64,000 bases of DNA. Origin: Octopus vulgaris (taxonomy: Eukaryota). The notes beneath the pieces are model-generated. The model was not told the DNA's origin, searched no databases, and was given only the letters and a program-made list of their open reading frames with translations. The position numbers were made by a program, and so were the translations under genes. Each line of letters starts with the position of its first letter. Within the stretch, counting starts at the first letter, position 1. This document shows positions 29,470-42,030 of this stretch, piece by piece. The stretch covers positions 21,886,001 to 21,950,000 of the forward strand of contig OX597828.1 of the NCBI GenBank assembly GCA_951406725.2. The letters run 5' to 3'.

Positions 29470-30680
29470 GAGACACTACGTCTCGTACGTTGGTTAAAAA
29501 CAGAATGAGGTTTCAAACCTCTTTTCAGTTCACAATATCGTTCTAACACAGAGTTCTAACCTCTGCCCATTGTCCTCTTCAGTATCGCTTGTGACCCCGT
29601 ACCCCGCCATTTCCCACGCCTTACTCAAGCACGAAGCGGGTGACGTGTCGGGGCCGCCCGGCCACAAGCGATATTCCCCATTGAGCTTCTTCAGCCTTTT
29701 GCAACACGGGCAACGTTATGAACTCCACAGCTATCTGCGGAGGCCATTCGGAATTCCGTGTGCAGGTCACATTGCTCCCTCATGGTGCTTCTCCAACACC
29801 TTCTCCACCTATACGATCCTGTAGAAGAAGACAAGTAATTCTTCTTCCTCAGGGGATGAGGCAGTCACTTTCACCGTTGGTGGCAAAATTCCCACCAACG
29901 ATGGCTCTTCCCCCGTCGGTGGCACAATTTCCACCGACGAAGTTCCGGGACATTCCGGTATTGTGTTACCAACAGCCGGCAACGTCCCATTTCTCCTTTT
30001 CTTCCACTTAACTGAGGAAAGGTGAGATTCCTCTGTGACCGGGAGATCCGCCTCCCCTCCCTCATCCCTAGGATTCCTCGGTGAACACCCATTGTTGCTT
30101 ACCTTCTTCCTCTTGCTGACCTTCTTTCAGGAATTCCCCGCCTCCGTTCCCTCTTCTACAGAGCTCTCAACCAACTACTCCAGGACCTTGCTTTGGTCCT
30201 GGGGGGCAGTTCTTTTTTATATGGCCAGGTTCCAAACACCACCGACACTTGTGTGGGGGGTGAACCCCAAGAATCACCGGGTACCTGCACCCAGTCATTT
30301 AAAAAAAAATCTGGAAAAACCAGATTCTTGGCTGATTGGGTCCACAGGGTCAAAACAGATTTGCCCCAAACCAATCAGCCACAGGCAAAATTTCCCTATC
30401 GAGGAGCTTGGCTCCACTGCCACCCAGACCCCGGCGGATAGTTTCCTCTATCCACTCGAGTTCTATCCCGGGTGGCAACCCGCAGACCACGCTGATGACG
30501 GGTTACTACTCAGAAACCCGGGTCCATGTGTATGATGTCAGGCTAGAGATCGGAATGATGATTTTCCTTCGCAAATACTGATCTGGCACAGACAGCGTGT
30601 TTTTAGCCAGCTGGAAGAGATGACTTCCTGGCGCTATAAACTACAGTAGCATCGTCCCATATACTTCACGATCAAAAAGA
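29470..30680 (-). pseudogene. Degenerate gag-like ORF1 of a non-LTR retrotransposon (Tx1/L1-like) with a CCHC zinc knuckle
   Basis: GC-richer island; minus strand VVCGLPPGIELEWIEETIRR followed by CRWCLEPGHIKKNCP (CX2CX4HX4C, 30247-30206) and a K/E/P-rich tail; multiple stops and frameshifts; no ORF2. Confidence 0.65.
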
Positions 30681-30762
30681 GTTACTCACTTCCCGAGCGT
30701 TAAACTAATACATCTGTTTGTTGTTTACACACCCGTCTTCGTCTTTGGTCTCTCTCTCTCTC

Positions 30763-31139
30763 TCTTTTACTCTTTTACTTGTTTCAGTCATTTGACTGCG
30801 GCCATGCTGGAGCACCGCCTTTAGTCGAGCAAATCGAACCCGGGACTTATTCTTTGTAAGCCCAGTATTTATTCTATCAGTCTCTTTTGCCAAACCGCTA
30901 AGTGACGGGGACGTAAACACACCAGCATCGGTTGTCAAGCAATGCTAGGGGGACAAACACAGACACACAAACACACACACACACACACTTATATATATAC
31001 ACATATATACGACAGGCTTCTTTCAGTTTCCGTCAACCAAATCCACTCACAAGGCATTGGTCGGCCCGGGGCTATAGCAGAAGACACTTGCTCAAGATGC
31101 CATGTGGTTGTTTAGCAAGCTACATACCACACAGCCACT
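30763..31139 (-). mobile_element. SINE family A with a short internal deletion over the B box
   Basis: GATGCCA|TGTGGTTG junction removes CGCAGTGGGACTGAACCCGGAACCA (CCA microhomology). Confidence 0.9.
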
Positions 31140-31681
31140 ACTGTCTGCTTGTAAATTCTCACGATATATATATATATATATATACACACAAACATATAGA
31201 TAGATATCGATATTTGGTTGGTATCTAAAGAAGTTTATAATCTTTCAGGACAATAGCGTATAATTGTATTTTGGAATAATATATCTAGAAGCACCCGCAT
31301 TTAGATATAAATACTGTTAACATGGTTTTGAAAAACTCTTTCGAAAGACTGTTCCCGGGAGTGGAACACGGTGTTCTTGTAAACCTTTCAGGCGATTTAC
31401 TACAGGACCAAATAATCTTTTGAATTTCGGTGTGTATTTTAAATACTTAGTTCTTACGAGTGGACTATATGCTTTTGACGTTATAAAGAGATGTGAATTT
31501 GAATTCCATGAGCAGCCTTAAAGTTTTCCTATCTGTTGGGGATCGGTAAAAAATTCATTGTTATAGCTTTATAACTGTGACTCGATACAGACAATTAGAC
31601 AATTCACAAAATGAGTAGACACACATTCAAACACACGTACGCGCGCGCACATATTCACACACATTCTTCTGCATATAACAT

Positions 31682-31833
31682 ATTCTACTCTAGGCACACG
31701 GCCCGAAATTTTGGGTGGGTGGGTCTGTCGATTAGATCGACCTCAAAATGCAACTGGTACTTATTTTGTCGAACCCGAAAGGATGAAAGGCAAAGTCGAC
31801 CTCGACGGAATTTAAACTCAGAACGTAACGGCT
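31682..31833 (-). mobile_element. SINE family B, 5'-truncated
   Basis: TTCTACTCTAGGCACA...GAAAGGATGAAAGGCAAAGTCGACCTCG...CAGAACGTAACGG. Confidence 0.85.
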
Positions 31834-31845
31834 GACAAATTCTAC

Positions 31846-32022
31846 TTCTTGTTGTTGTTGTTGTTGTTGTTGTTCTTCTTCTTCTTCTTCTTCTTCTTCT
31901 TCTTCTTCTTCTTCTTCTTCTTCTTCTTCTTCTTCGTCCTCGTCTTCTTCTTCTTCTTCTTCTTCTTCTTCTTCTTCTTCTTCTTCTTCTTCTTCTTCTT
32001 CTTCTTCTTCTTCTTCTTCTTC
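31846..32022. repeat. (TTG)n(TTC)n microsatellite
   Basis: Direct inspection. Confidence 0.95.
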
Positions 32023-32311
32023 TGCTACGTATGTAAAGTGTCTTATTGCCTAAACACAAGTTATGGCGTACTTAAGTTAGAATTCTGCTATTCAGATACA
32101 TCCCTGATACCCCTCGTGTATATGATAAAAATATATATATAAATTGAACTCTGTCCACATATGTGTATATATATATGTATATATATATATGTTTGTATAT
32201 ATATATATATGTTTGTATATATATATACAAACATGAGTGTATATGTGTTTGTATGTATCTCTTTCCTGCTCACAATGTCTCTCTCTGTATATATGTACGC
32301 ACATATATTTT

Positions 32312-32364
<53 letters not shown>

Positions 32365-32733
32365 GCATACATATGCATTAAGACATACATATTTATAAAA
32401 TCTGCAACTATGAATATTAATAGAAAAATTTTAGATATATTGTGTATATGTATATATGTTATATTCCGACGGAAGTGTATTCACATTTCTACATTCTCTT
32501 TGATATATACGTACACACGCAGAAGTACACACACACACATATACACATACATTTATATATGCACAAGCATATACATATATGCGTATATATATACATATAT
32601 GTATGTGCATTTATACCTATATATGTATTTATCTAACTATTATATATATAAATTTATATATGTATATACGCATATATAAACGTATTTATACATATACATA
32701 CAATTATAAGTATATATATGTCTGTGTCTTTGT

Positions 32734-32772
<39 letters not shown>

Positions 32773-32835
32773 AATATATATATATATAAAATTTATATAT
32801 ATATACATATATTTATATCTATCTATATATTTATA

Positions 32836-32892
<57 letters not shown>

Positions 32893-33788
32893 ATATATAT
32901 ATATATGTGTCGATATATACATATATTTATAAATATATGTATGCAAAGATTGGCTAGTGTGGCGACGAAAAATTGCGATTTCTGCTTTCAACATGACTAT
33001 TAAATTTTTGAAAAAAGAAATATGTTTTCACTATATTCATTTATGATTTATTATTTTATAATTTTTTCCCCAAATCATTCCGTCATTGATTGATATATGG
33101 AAATTTTTGTGAAACAATATACGAAATTTAAATTAGAATTTGATATTCTTGTATTGCGTTGTTTTTTATGCTTTGTTTTCCGGAACGCTCACATCACACT
33201 GGAGCCTGGTTTCTTTAAGTTGTTATTAAGGAAGTATTTACACTTTACAAAGAAACCTGGTCTTCTGTTTTCTGGCTGAGAATTAATAACAGTGTCCGAG
33301 GAAATAACAGGAAAGCTTAGATGTATTGTACGTTGCCAGAGACGACGACAATATATAAGTTTATGCATAAATGGGTATATTTGTATAAATCGTTAGATGA
33401 ATAAGTAGATTTGTGTATTCATGTACTTATCTGTATTTTACTCTATATGTAGATGTATGTATGTATGTATGTATGTATGTATGTATGTATGTATGTATGT
33501 ATGTATGTATGTATCTATCTATCTATCTATCTGTCTATCAATCTATCTATCTATTAATATATTATTTATATTCATTACATATAAAGAATAGATAGACAAA
33601 CATCACATACATTTAAATGTATGTACATATATTGTATTTATACATGCATTTATACAGACTTGCATACATGCATATAAATGTATATATGTGTGTTTACATT
33701 TATTTATGTTTTTTGTATACAAATATACATACAACCATATGTATACACACACACATACACACCTATAAATATATATATATATATAGAG

Positions 33789-33870
<82 letters not shown>

Positions 33871-33872
33871 GT

Positions 33873-33918
<46 letters not shown>

Positions 33919-33949
33919 GTATAAATATATATATTTATCCATATATATA

Positions 33950-35536
33950 AAACCGGCCTGCAAGGGTGGAGCCGTGGTGGTGTGACGCACGGACATCTAC
34001 AATGCTGAAGCTCTCCGCCAACTTCAAGACACCTCATTCTTCCGCACTCTGCCCTTCAACCCCACGCTTACCTACCATCAGACGGTGTCCTCCTTTGTCC
34101 ATGACCCCATCTCTTGCTCCCGTCTCCATCCCGCCGTATGCAACGTCATTGTTCCTCCTCCTCGCACCTCCACCATTTGCTTACCTCCCCAAATCCACAA
34201 ACACAACAACCCTGGCCGCTCCATCGTCCCTGCTTGTAACTGCCCCACGGAGCTTATCTCTAAATACCTCGACCGTGTCCTTACCCCACTACTGGTTTCC
34301 CTCCTATCACACATCCATAACACTGACCATGCTCTTCGTCTGCTTCTTCTTCCCTCCTGGCCTCTGTAAACTCTTCTTCACTATTGATATCCAGAGTCTA
34401 TATACGGTGTCCCCACACCACGAAGGACTTCTTGCCCTCAAACGTTTCCTAGACCTTTGACCCAACCCCAAACATGACACGTCCACAATTTTTCCTCTGG
34501 CCGAACTTGTTCTCTCTCTCAACAGCTTCTTGTTCGCGAGGGAGTTTTACAAACATTTCTCGGGAGTGTCCATGGGAACGAGAACGGGGCCCAACTATGC
34601 TATGCGGACCTGTTCGCTGGCTACGTTGAAGCCCAAATATTTTGAAGATTCACTGGTCCCACTCCCAAACTATAGGGTTTTTATATTCATGCCTGTATCG
34701 GTTCGCAAACAACTAGTCTCCTTCCTCTCTTTTGTCAAATCCTTCCATCCTGCCCTCGAATTCCCCTACACCATTTCCAACACTTCCGTCGCCTTTCTCG
34801 ACATTTCGGTCAACATACACAACTTCACACTCACTATCTCCATCCACTACAAATACAGTGACTTACACTCATACCTCAACTTCTCCTTCTCTTCCATTAC
34901 TCAAACCAAGCCCTCCATCCCCCACTCCTCATTCACCCGTCTGCGCAGGATCTACAGTGACAACCATAAATTCGAGACTCGGTCTCAACTCATGGCTCGC
35001 CACTTCATTCTTCGTGGATATCCTCTCACCACTAACCACACCGCCCTCGCCAGAGCACGTTCCTCTGGCCTCTCCCCTCGCACTTGCCCCGCCGTTTCTC
35101 GTTTCCCGTTTCCAGCTACCAATCATCCTCACCTACCACTCATCCACCTTGCCTCTCCAACGCATTAATCTCCGAGCCTTCCGACGACTCAACTCCGACA
35201 AATCTAATTCGCACATCTCTCCCGACCTACGCCTCCCACCTGTAAACGAGCCCACAACCTACGTGACCACATGGTCCACAATTTCTTCCCTAACCCCACC
35301 TCCCGACCTTTCTCGTTTCCCTGCTCCCGCCACGGTGTCCCACTTACCCCTACCGCTCCAACACCACCAATCTCACAGGTTCCCATCATCGTCCCTATCA
35401 TAACACTGACTCCTATACAGGCACTTCTAGCAACATCATTTACTGCACCTTCTGCTCTTTCTGTCCTCTCTACATCGGTCAAACACCTGCTTCGTCCTTT
35501 CATACACCTGGCTTCGTCTTTTGTTTTTTCTGCAAA

Positions 35537-35540
<4 letters not shown>
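33950..35540 (+). mobile_element. Penelope-like retroelement (Neptune-like): degenerate RT plus start of GIY-YIG
   Basis: Frameshifted peptides KPACKGGAVVV, PQIHKHNNPGRSIV..CNCPTELISKYLD, FTIDIQSLYT, GVSMGTRTGPNYA, FHPALEF..ISNTSVAFLDI, RLRRIYSD, and SSNIIYCTFCSFCPLYIGQT; flanked by (TA)n. Confidence 0.9.
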
Positions 35541-35600
<60 letters not shown>

Positions 35601-35601
35601 A

Positions 35602-35977
35602 TTCTTCTATTCTTTTACTTGCTTCAGTCATTTGACTGGAGCCATGCAGGGGCGCCGCCTTTAGTCGTAGAAATCGACCCAGAACTTATTCTTTGTTATT
35701 CTTTGTAAGCCTACTACTTATCCTATCGGTTTATTTTTGCTGAACCGCTAGTTTACAGGGACGTAAACACTCCAAAATCGGTTGTCAATCGATGGTGGAG
35801 GGATAAAGACAGACAGAGACACAGACATATATGCATATATACATATATACAACGGGCTTCTTTTAGTTTCCGTCTGCCAATTCCACTCACAAGGCTTTGG
35901 TCAGCCCAAGGTGTCACACAGTCGAAATGTACCCTGAACCATGTGGTTGGTAAGCAAGCTTCTTACCACACAGCCGT
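35602..35977 (-). mobile_element. SINE family A, diverged
   Basis: Collinear with other A copies. Confidence 0.85.
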
Positions 35978-36028
35978 GCTGCACCTATACATATGTATAT
36001 GTATATGTGTGCATATATATATATATAT

Positions 36029-36482
36029 GAGGCAGTTGTATATTATCAACTTAAAGTGCCAGTCCCATAAAGAGAATCACACCACCGCTATTTACCCCTA
36101 GGAAGCATCAACGCTTCCTGTCGGACTTGACACATTTCCTTTATCCTTATGTTTACAAGGGGGAGACAAGCACCCACAATCCAGCTAAGCCTGCATCCAG
36201 TGACTAGTTTCTGAGTCTTGCTCGTCATCAGCCTGGAGTAGCATGGCGTGCTAGCTGCAGATGCCTGTCTAAACCTTGTAAACATGTATAATAATTCCAG
36301 TGAAATATATCCACTGATCACAAAAAATAGAAATGTTACAGAGAGATATAAGCAGTGGTGGTACGATAGAGCAGTTGTATATTGTCAACGTGACAGTCCC
36401 ATAAAGGGAATCCCACCACCGCTATTTAGCCCTAGGAAGCATCAATGCTTCCTGTGGTCCTTGACACAATTCATGTGCCCTC

Positions 36483-36486
<4 letters not shown>
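36029..36486 (-). mobile_element. Retrozyme/pLTR-like non-coding element, partial tandem (~339-bp unit)
   Basis: 36032-36138 recurs at 36371-36472; hammerhead lies between the two copies; TGCATATATAT on both flanks. Confidence 0.65.
36196..36237 (-). ncRNA. Minimal type I hammerhead with palindromic stem III
   Basis: UCCAGG-CUGAUGA-cGAG caaga CUCa-GAAA-CUAG-UC^ACUGGA. Confidence 0.7.
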
Positions 36487-36522
<36 letters not shown>

Positions 36523-36688
36523 CGTTTAAATATTTGTTGTGCAAAATACAAATTACATGAACATATAAAATTACAAATTACATGAACATATATAAACAGA
36601 AGATACAAATATTACAGGCATCCCCCACATACACACACTAAATAAACATATACGCACATAGAGATATAAGCATGCGCAAATGAGGACA

Positions 36689-36922
36689 TACAATAGAAAT
36701 ACAAAATCGCTGACGGTTAGTAAGGAGAGACACAAATAAGTAAGAAGAAAACAAACAAAGGACCACTGATGCGGTCACAGGAGTGTGACCAAAGAACTCT
36801 GGCCGAAATAAGATTAAGATTAATGTAAAAAATAAATAACACTGAAGCAAAGTAACACCAAATATATAGTGCGTGTGTTTTTATTGGCTAAACTGGCAAA
36901 ATGACCATTCCGAAATATAACA
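36689..36922 (+). repeat. ~230-bp dispersed element ending in (TA)n, copy 1
   Basis: Highly similar to 56518-56746, same orientation. Confidence 0.9.
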
Positions 36923-37597
36923 ATATATATATATGTGTATGTGTGTGTGTATACATGTATACATATATATATATATATATATACATGTATTTATATATAT
37001 GTATAAACATGTATATACATTTACATATGTACGCATATATACATACATATATATATATAATATACACCACATTCATACATTCATACAAGTATATTTTTGC
37101 ATACACACACATGTGAGAATAGGACAGACGTATACTTGCTTGCATGTGCGTTTATGTGCATTTCTGTGTTTGTGCGTATGTGAGTGTGTCATCATATGTG
37201 TGTGTGTGTGTGTGAGGGTGTGTGTAAGCGCACGCACGCGCGTGTTCAGACATACATTATTCTGCTATTTACACATTAAAAACGTGTTCCAGAATTTACA
37301 CGTCTTAGATCGTTTCCAATAAACACATCTTCTATTGCAGTTTTCTTACATTGTCTTTACCTATAAATATATATATATATACACAAAACATTTTAAAAAC
37401 CACAAAACATCCCAACAACAAGGACAACAAAAATATTAAAACAAAATAATGTTAAAGGAAACAATATTAACAATCTATTATTATCATTACAATTATATTA
37501 TTATTATTATTTATTATTATTATTATTAATATTATTATTATTATTATTTTTATTATCATTACTATTATCATTATTATTATTATTATTATTACTATTA

Positions 37598-37674
<77 letters not shown>

Positions 37675-38112
37675 ATTGTTGGTATTGTTATTGTTATAGT
37701 CCTGTTCTCGCTCTTGTTTTTGTTATTGTTGCAGTTATGTATCTTCTTTTCATCTGTACCGCTCCCTAGAAAATAATTTACTCCAAAATTAGCCGCCTAT
37801 TAAATTCTACATAGAAACGCCATTGAAAAAATTTCCAACACAAAACAGCGGAGGATTATTTGAAGAGAGTGGGGGGTCGATGGTGGTTGGGGGTATCCTA
37901 ATTACAAATATTCGGTGTCGATATGTATTTATCATCATTATACAATAGACAATAATCTAGGTTTCGTCCTTTCTTCTCAACCATCGTATATAAAATTTGT
38001 ACAAACACACACACACAAATAATATATACATCTATATTTGTATATATATTTATGTACGTATTTATATAGTTATGTATTACATTATATGCATTATAAATAT
38101 ATAAACGTATAT

Positions 38113-38175
<63 letters not shown>

Positions 38176-38183
38176 GCGAGTAC

Positions 38184-38237
<54 letters not shown>

Positions 38238-38994
38238 TCGCGTGTGTTTTTCTAGGTGTGTAGCTTCACCTATTTCTACCCTTCTTTTAGATTTATATAA
38301 TATCTGTGTTTGATATTTTAAAATAGTATTGTTTGTTTCGCTCCCATAAACTATATTTGACTCTGTGCATGTGTATATTTATATAAATATATTTATAAAG
38401 GAAGGCAAACGTGTGTTGTTGTGCGCTTGTGCTCTCGTATGCTTTGGCGTTTGTGTGTTTATGTGTATGAATATACAAATCCATAAATTCACATATATTT
38501 GCATGCAAATGTTTAGTTATACCCATGCAGACACACACAAGCACATATGCAAGCACACACAATCACGGATTAAACACATTACATATATACATATATTTCT
38601 CCTATATATATATATATATATATATGTACAAGGTAGTAAGCATTATGTATGTTGATAGAAGCGAATTTAAAATATAGTACAGACAACGCAAGCGTTTACA
38701 CACATTCGCACACAAGCACACAACTGCTCTCTCTCTCTCTCGCTCTCTCTCTCACCCACACTCATATACAAATTCAAATACACATACATACACTCACCTA
38801 TACACAAGCAATTCAACCCCCCCACACACACACATATATTACTAACTAGATAAAAATAGATAGACATAATTATACATATGAGTACGCATGTATGCGTGTG
38901 TGTTTGTGTGTGTATGCGTATATATATATATGTGTGTGTGTTTGTGTATGTGTGTTGCATGTAATTGTCTGTACCAGTGTGTTTATATAGGCAT

Positions 38995-39131
38995 AGGAGT
39001 GGCTGTGTGGTAAGTAGCTAGCTTAAGAACCACATGTTTGCGGGTTCAGTCCCACTGCGTGGCACCTTCAGCAAGTGTTTCTACTATAGCTTCGGGCCGA
39101 CCAAAGCCCTGTGAGTTAATTTGGTAGACGG

Positions 39132-39134
<3 letters not shown>
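38995..39134 (+). mobile_element. SINE family A 5' half
   Basis: GGAGTGGCTGTGTGGTAAGTAGC...TTGGTAGACGGAAAC followed by (CA)n. Confidence 0.85.
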
Positions 39135-39219
<85 letters not shown>

Positions 39220-39416
39220 GTATACATATATATATAATTTAAAATTATAAATTATGGTATCTACGAGATACAACCATGCTGAAAATAGCAGCCATGATCT
39301 GACTCTAAAACCATCTTAAGTGTCCATATATCAACACGGAGAGAAAACAAAGAGACAAGATGAAACTAGTAAAAAATTACAGGATAATTCAAGATCCCGG
39401 ATTTCTGACTTTGCAT

Positions 39417-39850
39417 TTAGTTAGTTAGTTAGTTAGTTAGTTAATTTGGCTCAAAAGCAAATATCAAGGCCATGTAAGGGGGACATGGAGTTAAGTACAG
39501 GGTGGTGTTCATGTAAAGAGTTCAGGCCACTTGAGGTCCAGGGAGGCTTTGAACAAAGCGGTCGTCGGCATCTTCACCATCTCGTCTGGCAGCTTGTTCC
39601 ACGGATCCGCAACCCGGACGGAGAAAGCTCCTCTCCTTCGATTGAGATGAAATCGTCGCAGGTAGAGCTTTTCGGAATGACCCCGCAGCCGACGCTCCGG
39701 AGCAGGAGTGAAGAACAGCTCTTTCGAGAGGTTACACTTCCCGCTTATGATGTTGTGGGCGAGAATGAGATCACCACGGCGGCGGCGTTTTTCAAGAGAA
39801 TAAAGGTCGAGCGTCCTCAGCCTTTCTTCGTAGGAATGCTTTGCCTCATC
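39417..39850 (-). mobile_element. 5'-truncated CR1-clade LINE with (CTAA)n tail
   Basis: SYEERLRTLDLYSLEKRRRRGDLI...RGHSEKL...FSVRVADPWNKLP...FKASLD, a typical CR1 ORF2 C-terminus; short 3' UTR; (TTAG)n at 39417-39443 on the plus strand. Confidence 0.92.
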
Positions 39851-40125
39851 AGTTGAATACACACAGAAAAGAAACACACACGCACACATACATATCATGC
39901 ATAATATATGTACACCTGTATACATAGTCGACAGGCCATGTACTGCTGTATTTGAACAGAGGTAACATGTCTTATGGATTTGTGGTTTTAAGAGTACAAT
40001 GAATAACAGAACAACACCAAAAATCGTTTCTCGAAAAGAAACCCTTCAAATTGAAATATTATTATAAGTTATCCTTTCCTCTCCCTGATTCTGTTTCATA
40101 GTGTAGCTATTCAGAAATGAAAGAT

Positions 40126-40670
40126 ATTCTTTTCTACTGTAGGCACAAGGCCCACAATTTTTAAGGAGGGTGCCAGTCGATTAGATCGACCCCAGTACGC
40201 AACGATGAAAGTCAAGATCGACCTTGGTGTAATTTGAACTCAGAACGTAAAGACAGACCAAATACCTGTTTCTTTATTACCCACAAGAGGCTAAACATAG
40301 AGGGGACAAACAAGGACAGACAAACAGATTAAATCGATTATATCGACCCCAGTGCGTAACTGGTACTTATTTAATCGACCCTGAGAGGATGAAAGGCAAA
40401 GTCGACCTCGGCGGTATTTGAACTGAGAACGTGAAGACAGACGAAACGCGTATTTCTTTACTACCCACAAGGGGCTAAACACAGAGAGGACAAATAAGGA
40501 CAGACAAACAGACAAACAGATTAAATCGATTATATCGACCCCAGTGCGTAACTGGTACTTATTTAATCGACCCCGAAAGGATGAAAGGCAAATCGACCTT
40601 GGCGGAATTTGAACTCAGAACGTACGGGAGACGAAATACAGCTACGCATTTCGCCCGGCGTGCTAACGCA
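40126..40670 (-). mobile_element. Trimeric SINE family B
   Basis: Three core units separated by the TTTCTTTA(T/C)TACCCACAAG(G/A)GGCTAAACA tail module (40268 and 40451). Confidence 0.88.
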
Positions 40671-40744
40671 TTTCCCCGGCTTAGAAAAAGAAAGATATTA
40701 AACTGTACCACAGCGGGCAATGTTGTTCTGTTTCATATTTTGTT

Positions 40745-40898
40745 TAACGTCGTCTGTCTTCAAATTCCGCCGAGGTCGACTTTGCCTTTCATCCATTCGG
40801 GGTCGATAAATTAAGTACCAGTTATGTATTGGGGATCGATCTAATCGACTGCGCTCCTACCTCGAAATTTCGAGCCTTGTGCCAAAAGTAGAGAAGTA
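40745..40898 (+). mobile_element. SINE family B, 5'-truncated, head-to-head with the trimer
   Basis: TTCAAATTCCGCCGAGGTCGACTTTGCCTTTCATCCATTCGGGGTCGATAAATTAAGTACCAG. Confidence 0.88.
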
Positions 40899-41404
40899 TA
40901 TTTTTCTTAATGTATACAAAATGTGCGCTAAGTTAATTTCTTTCAATCATCCCTATTTTGAATAGATAAAAGGGATTTATAATTCTTTTTGTGGAAACCC
41001 CTCCACAGTAGCTCCTGCTTACCGTGTTAAAATCGTAAAACAAACGTGCCAATTTAATGAATAGGCTCGAATTTTGTTCATCGTGTTCTGCTGAAGCCGT
41101 CTTGTTATTTAGGAGAATATCCTAAATTAAGTTAAACTGTGATTCTGGTGTGGTGTTTTATGATGTTCATGATCAGTGTTTTAATGAAATGTAATTGACG
41201 GAAGTGCTGTCGATGGATGTGCTGCCACTTTTGAGGGAGCCAATAGTTTTGTCTTTTTTTCCCAACGAAATAAAATGTGAAGTGTGTATATCTAGTTACA
41301 AGTTTTTATGTTCTATAGATACAGAGCTCTTACGGGAAAGCAACCTTCCATTTCATCGCGATCTCTGATGAAATATTATCTGTTTCATATTTCATTTTTT
41401 TCAT

Positions 41405-41625
41405 GGCGGTGATATGGCTGAATCGTTAGTGTAGTGCACAGGATAAAATGCTTAGCGGTGTCTCTTCCGTCGTTACTTTCTGGGTCGAAATACGGTAGAA
41501 GTCAACTTAGCATTACATACTTTCGCGGCCGAGATAAAAAGAACCCGTTAAGTACTAGTGTTGAGGTAATCGACTAATCTTCTTCCCTAATACTGTAGGT
41601 ATTATGCCTATAACAGACAAGATTA
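41405..41625 (+). mobile_element. Old SINE family B copy
   Basis: GGCGGTGATATGGCTGAATCGTTAG...AAATGCTTAGCGG...TGCCTATAACAGA. Confidence 0.65.
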
Positions 41626-41738
41626 GTTTAAGGTTGTGTTGACAGCACCGCAGCAGAATTGGTCTTTAGTCAAAGATGACGGATGAAGGTTACATCTCTA
41701 AATTCCCCAATAGCTGCCGAAACCAGATGTTTATGTAA

Positions 41739-42030
41739 AGGCGCATGGCTCAGTGGTTAGAGCGCCCAGCTTACGATCGTGAGGGTGTGAGTTCGAATCC
41801 CGGACCGGGCTGCGAGTTGTGTTCTTTATTTCACGTTGCTCCAGTTCACTCAGCTGTAGAAATGAGTTGCGACGTCACAGGTGCCAAGCTGCATCAGGCC
41901 CTTTGCCTTTCCCTTGGATAACACTGGTGGCGTGGAGAGGGGAGGCCGGTATGCATAGGTGACTGCTGGTCTTCCATAAACAACCTCGCCCGGACTTGTG
42001 CAACCCCATGGTCAGTCATGACCGAAGGAA
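41739..42030 (+). mobile_element. tRNA-derived SINE family C
   Basis: A box TGGCTCAGTGGTTAGAGC, B box GAGTTCGAATCCC, then a non-tRNA body; no acceptor-stem closure. Confidence 0.8.

Noticed and set aside
39417-39443. (TTAG)n as interstitial telomere
   Set aside because: It is the tail of the adjacent CR1 element and is not TTAGGG.
40126-40670. Regularly spaced repeats resembling a CRISPR array
   Set aside because: The units are SINE-B monomers with repeated rather than unique spacers; eukaryotic context and no cas genes.
41680-41730. CGGATGAAGG...CCGAAACC hammerhead-like string
   Set aside because: The core is mutated and there is no convincing stem I or III.
41739-41812. tRNA gene
   Set aside because: A and B boxes are present but there is no acceptor-stem pairing, and it continues into a SINE body.
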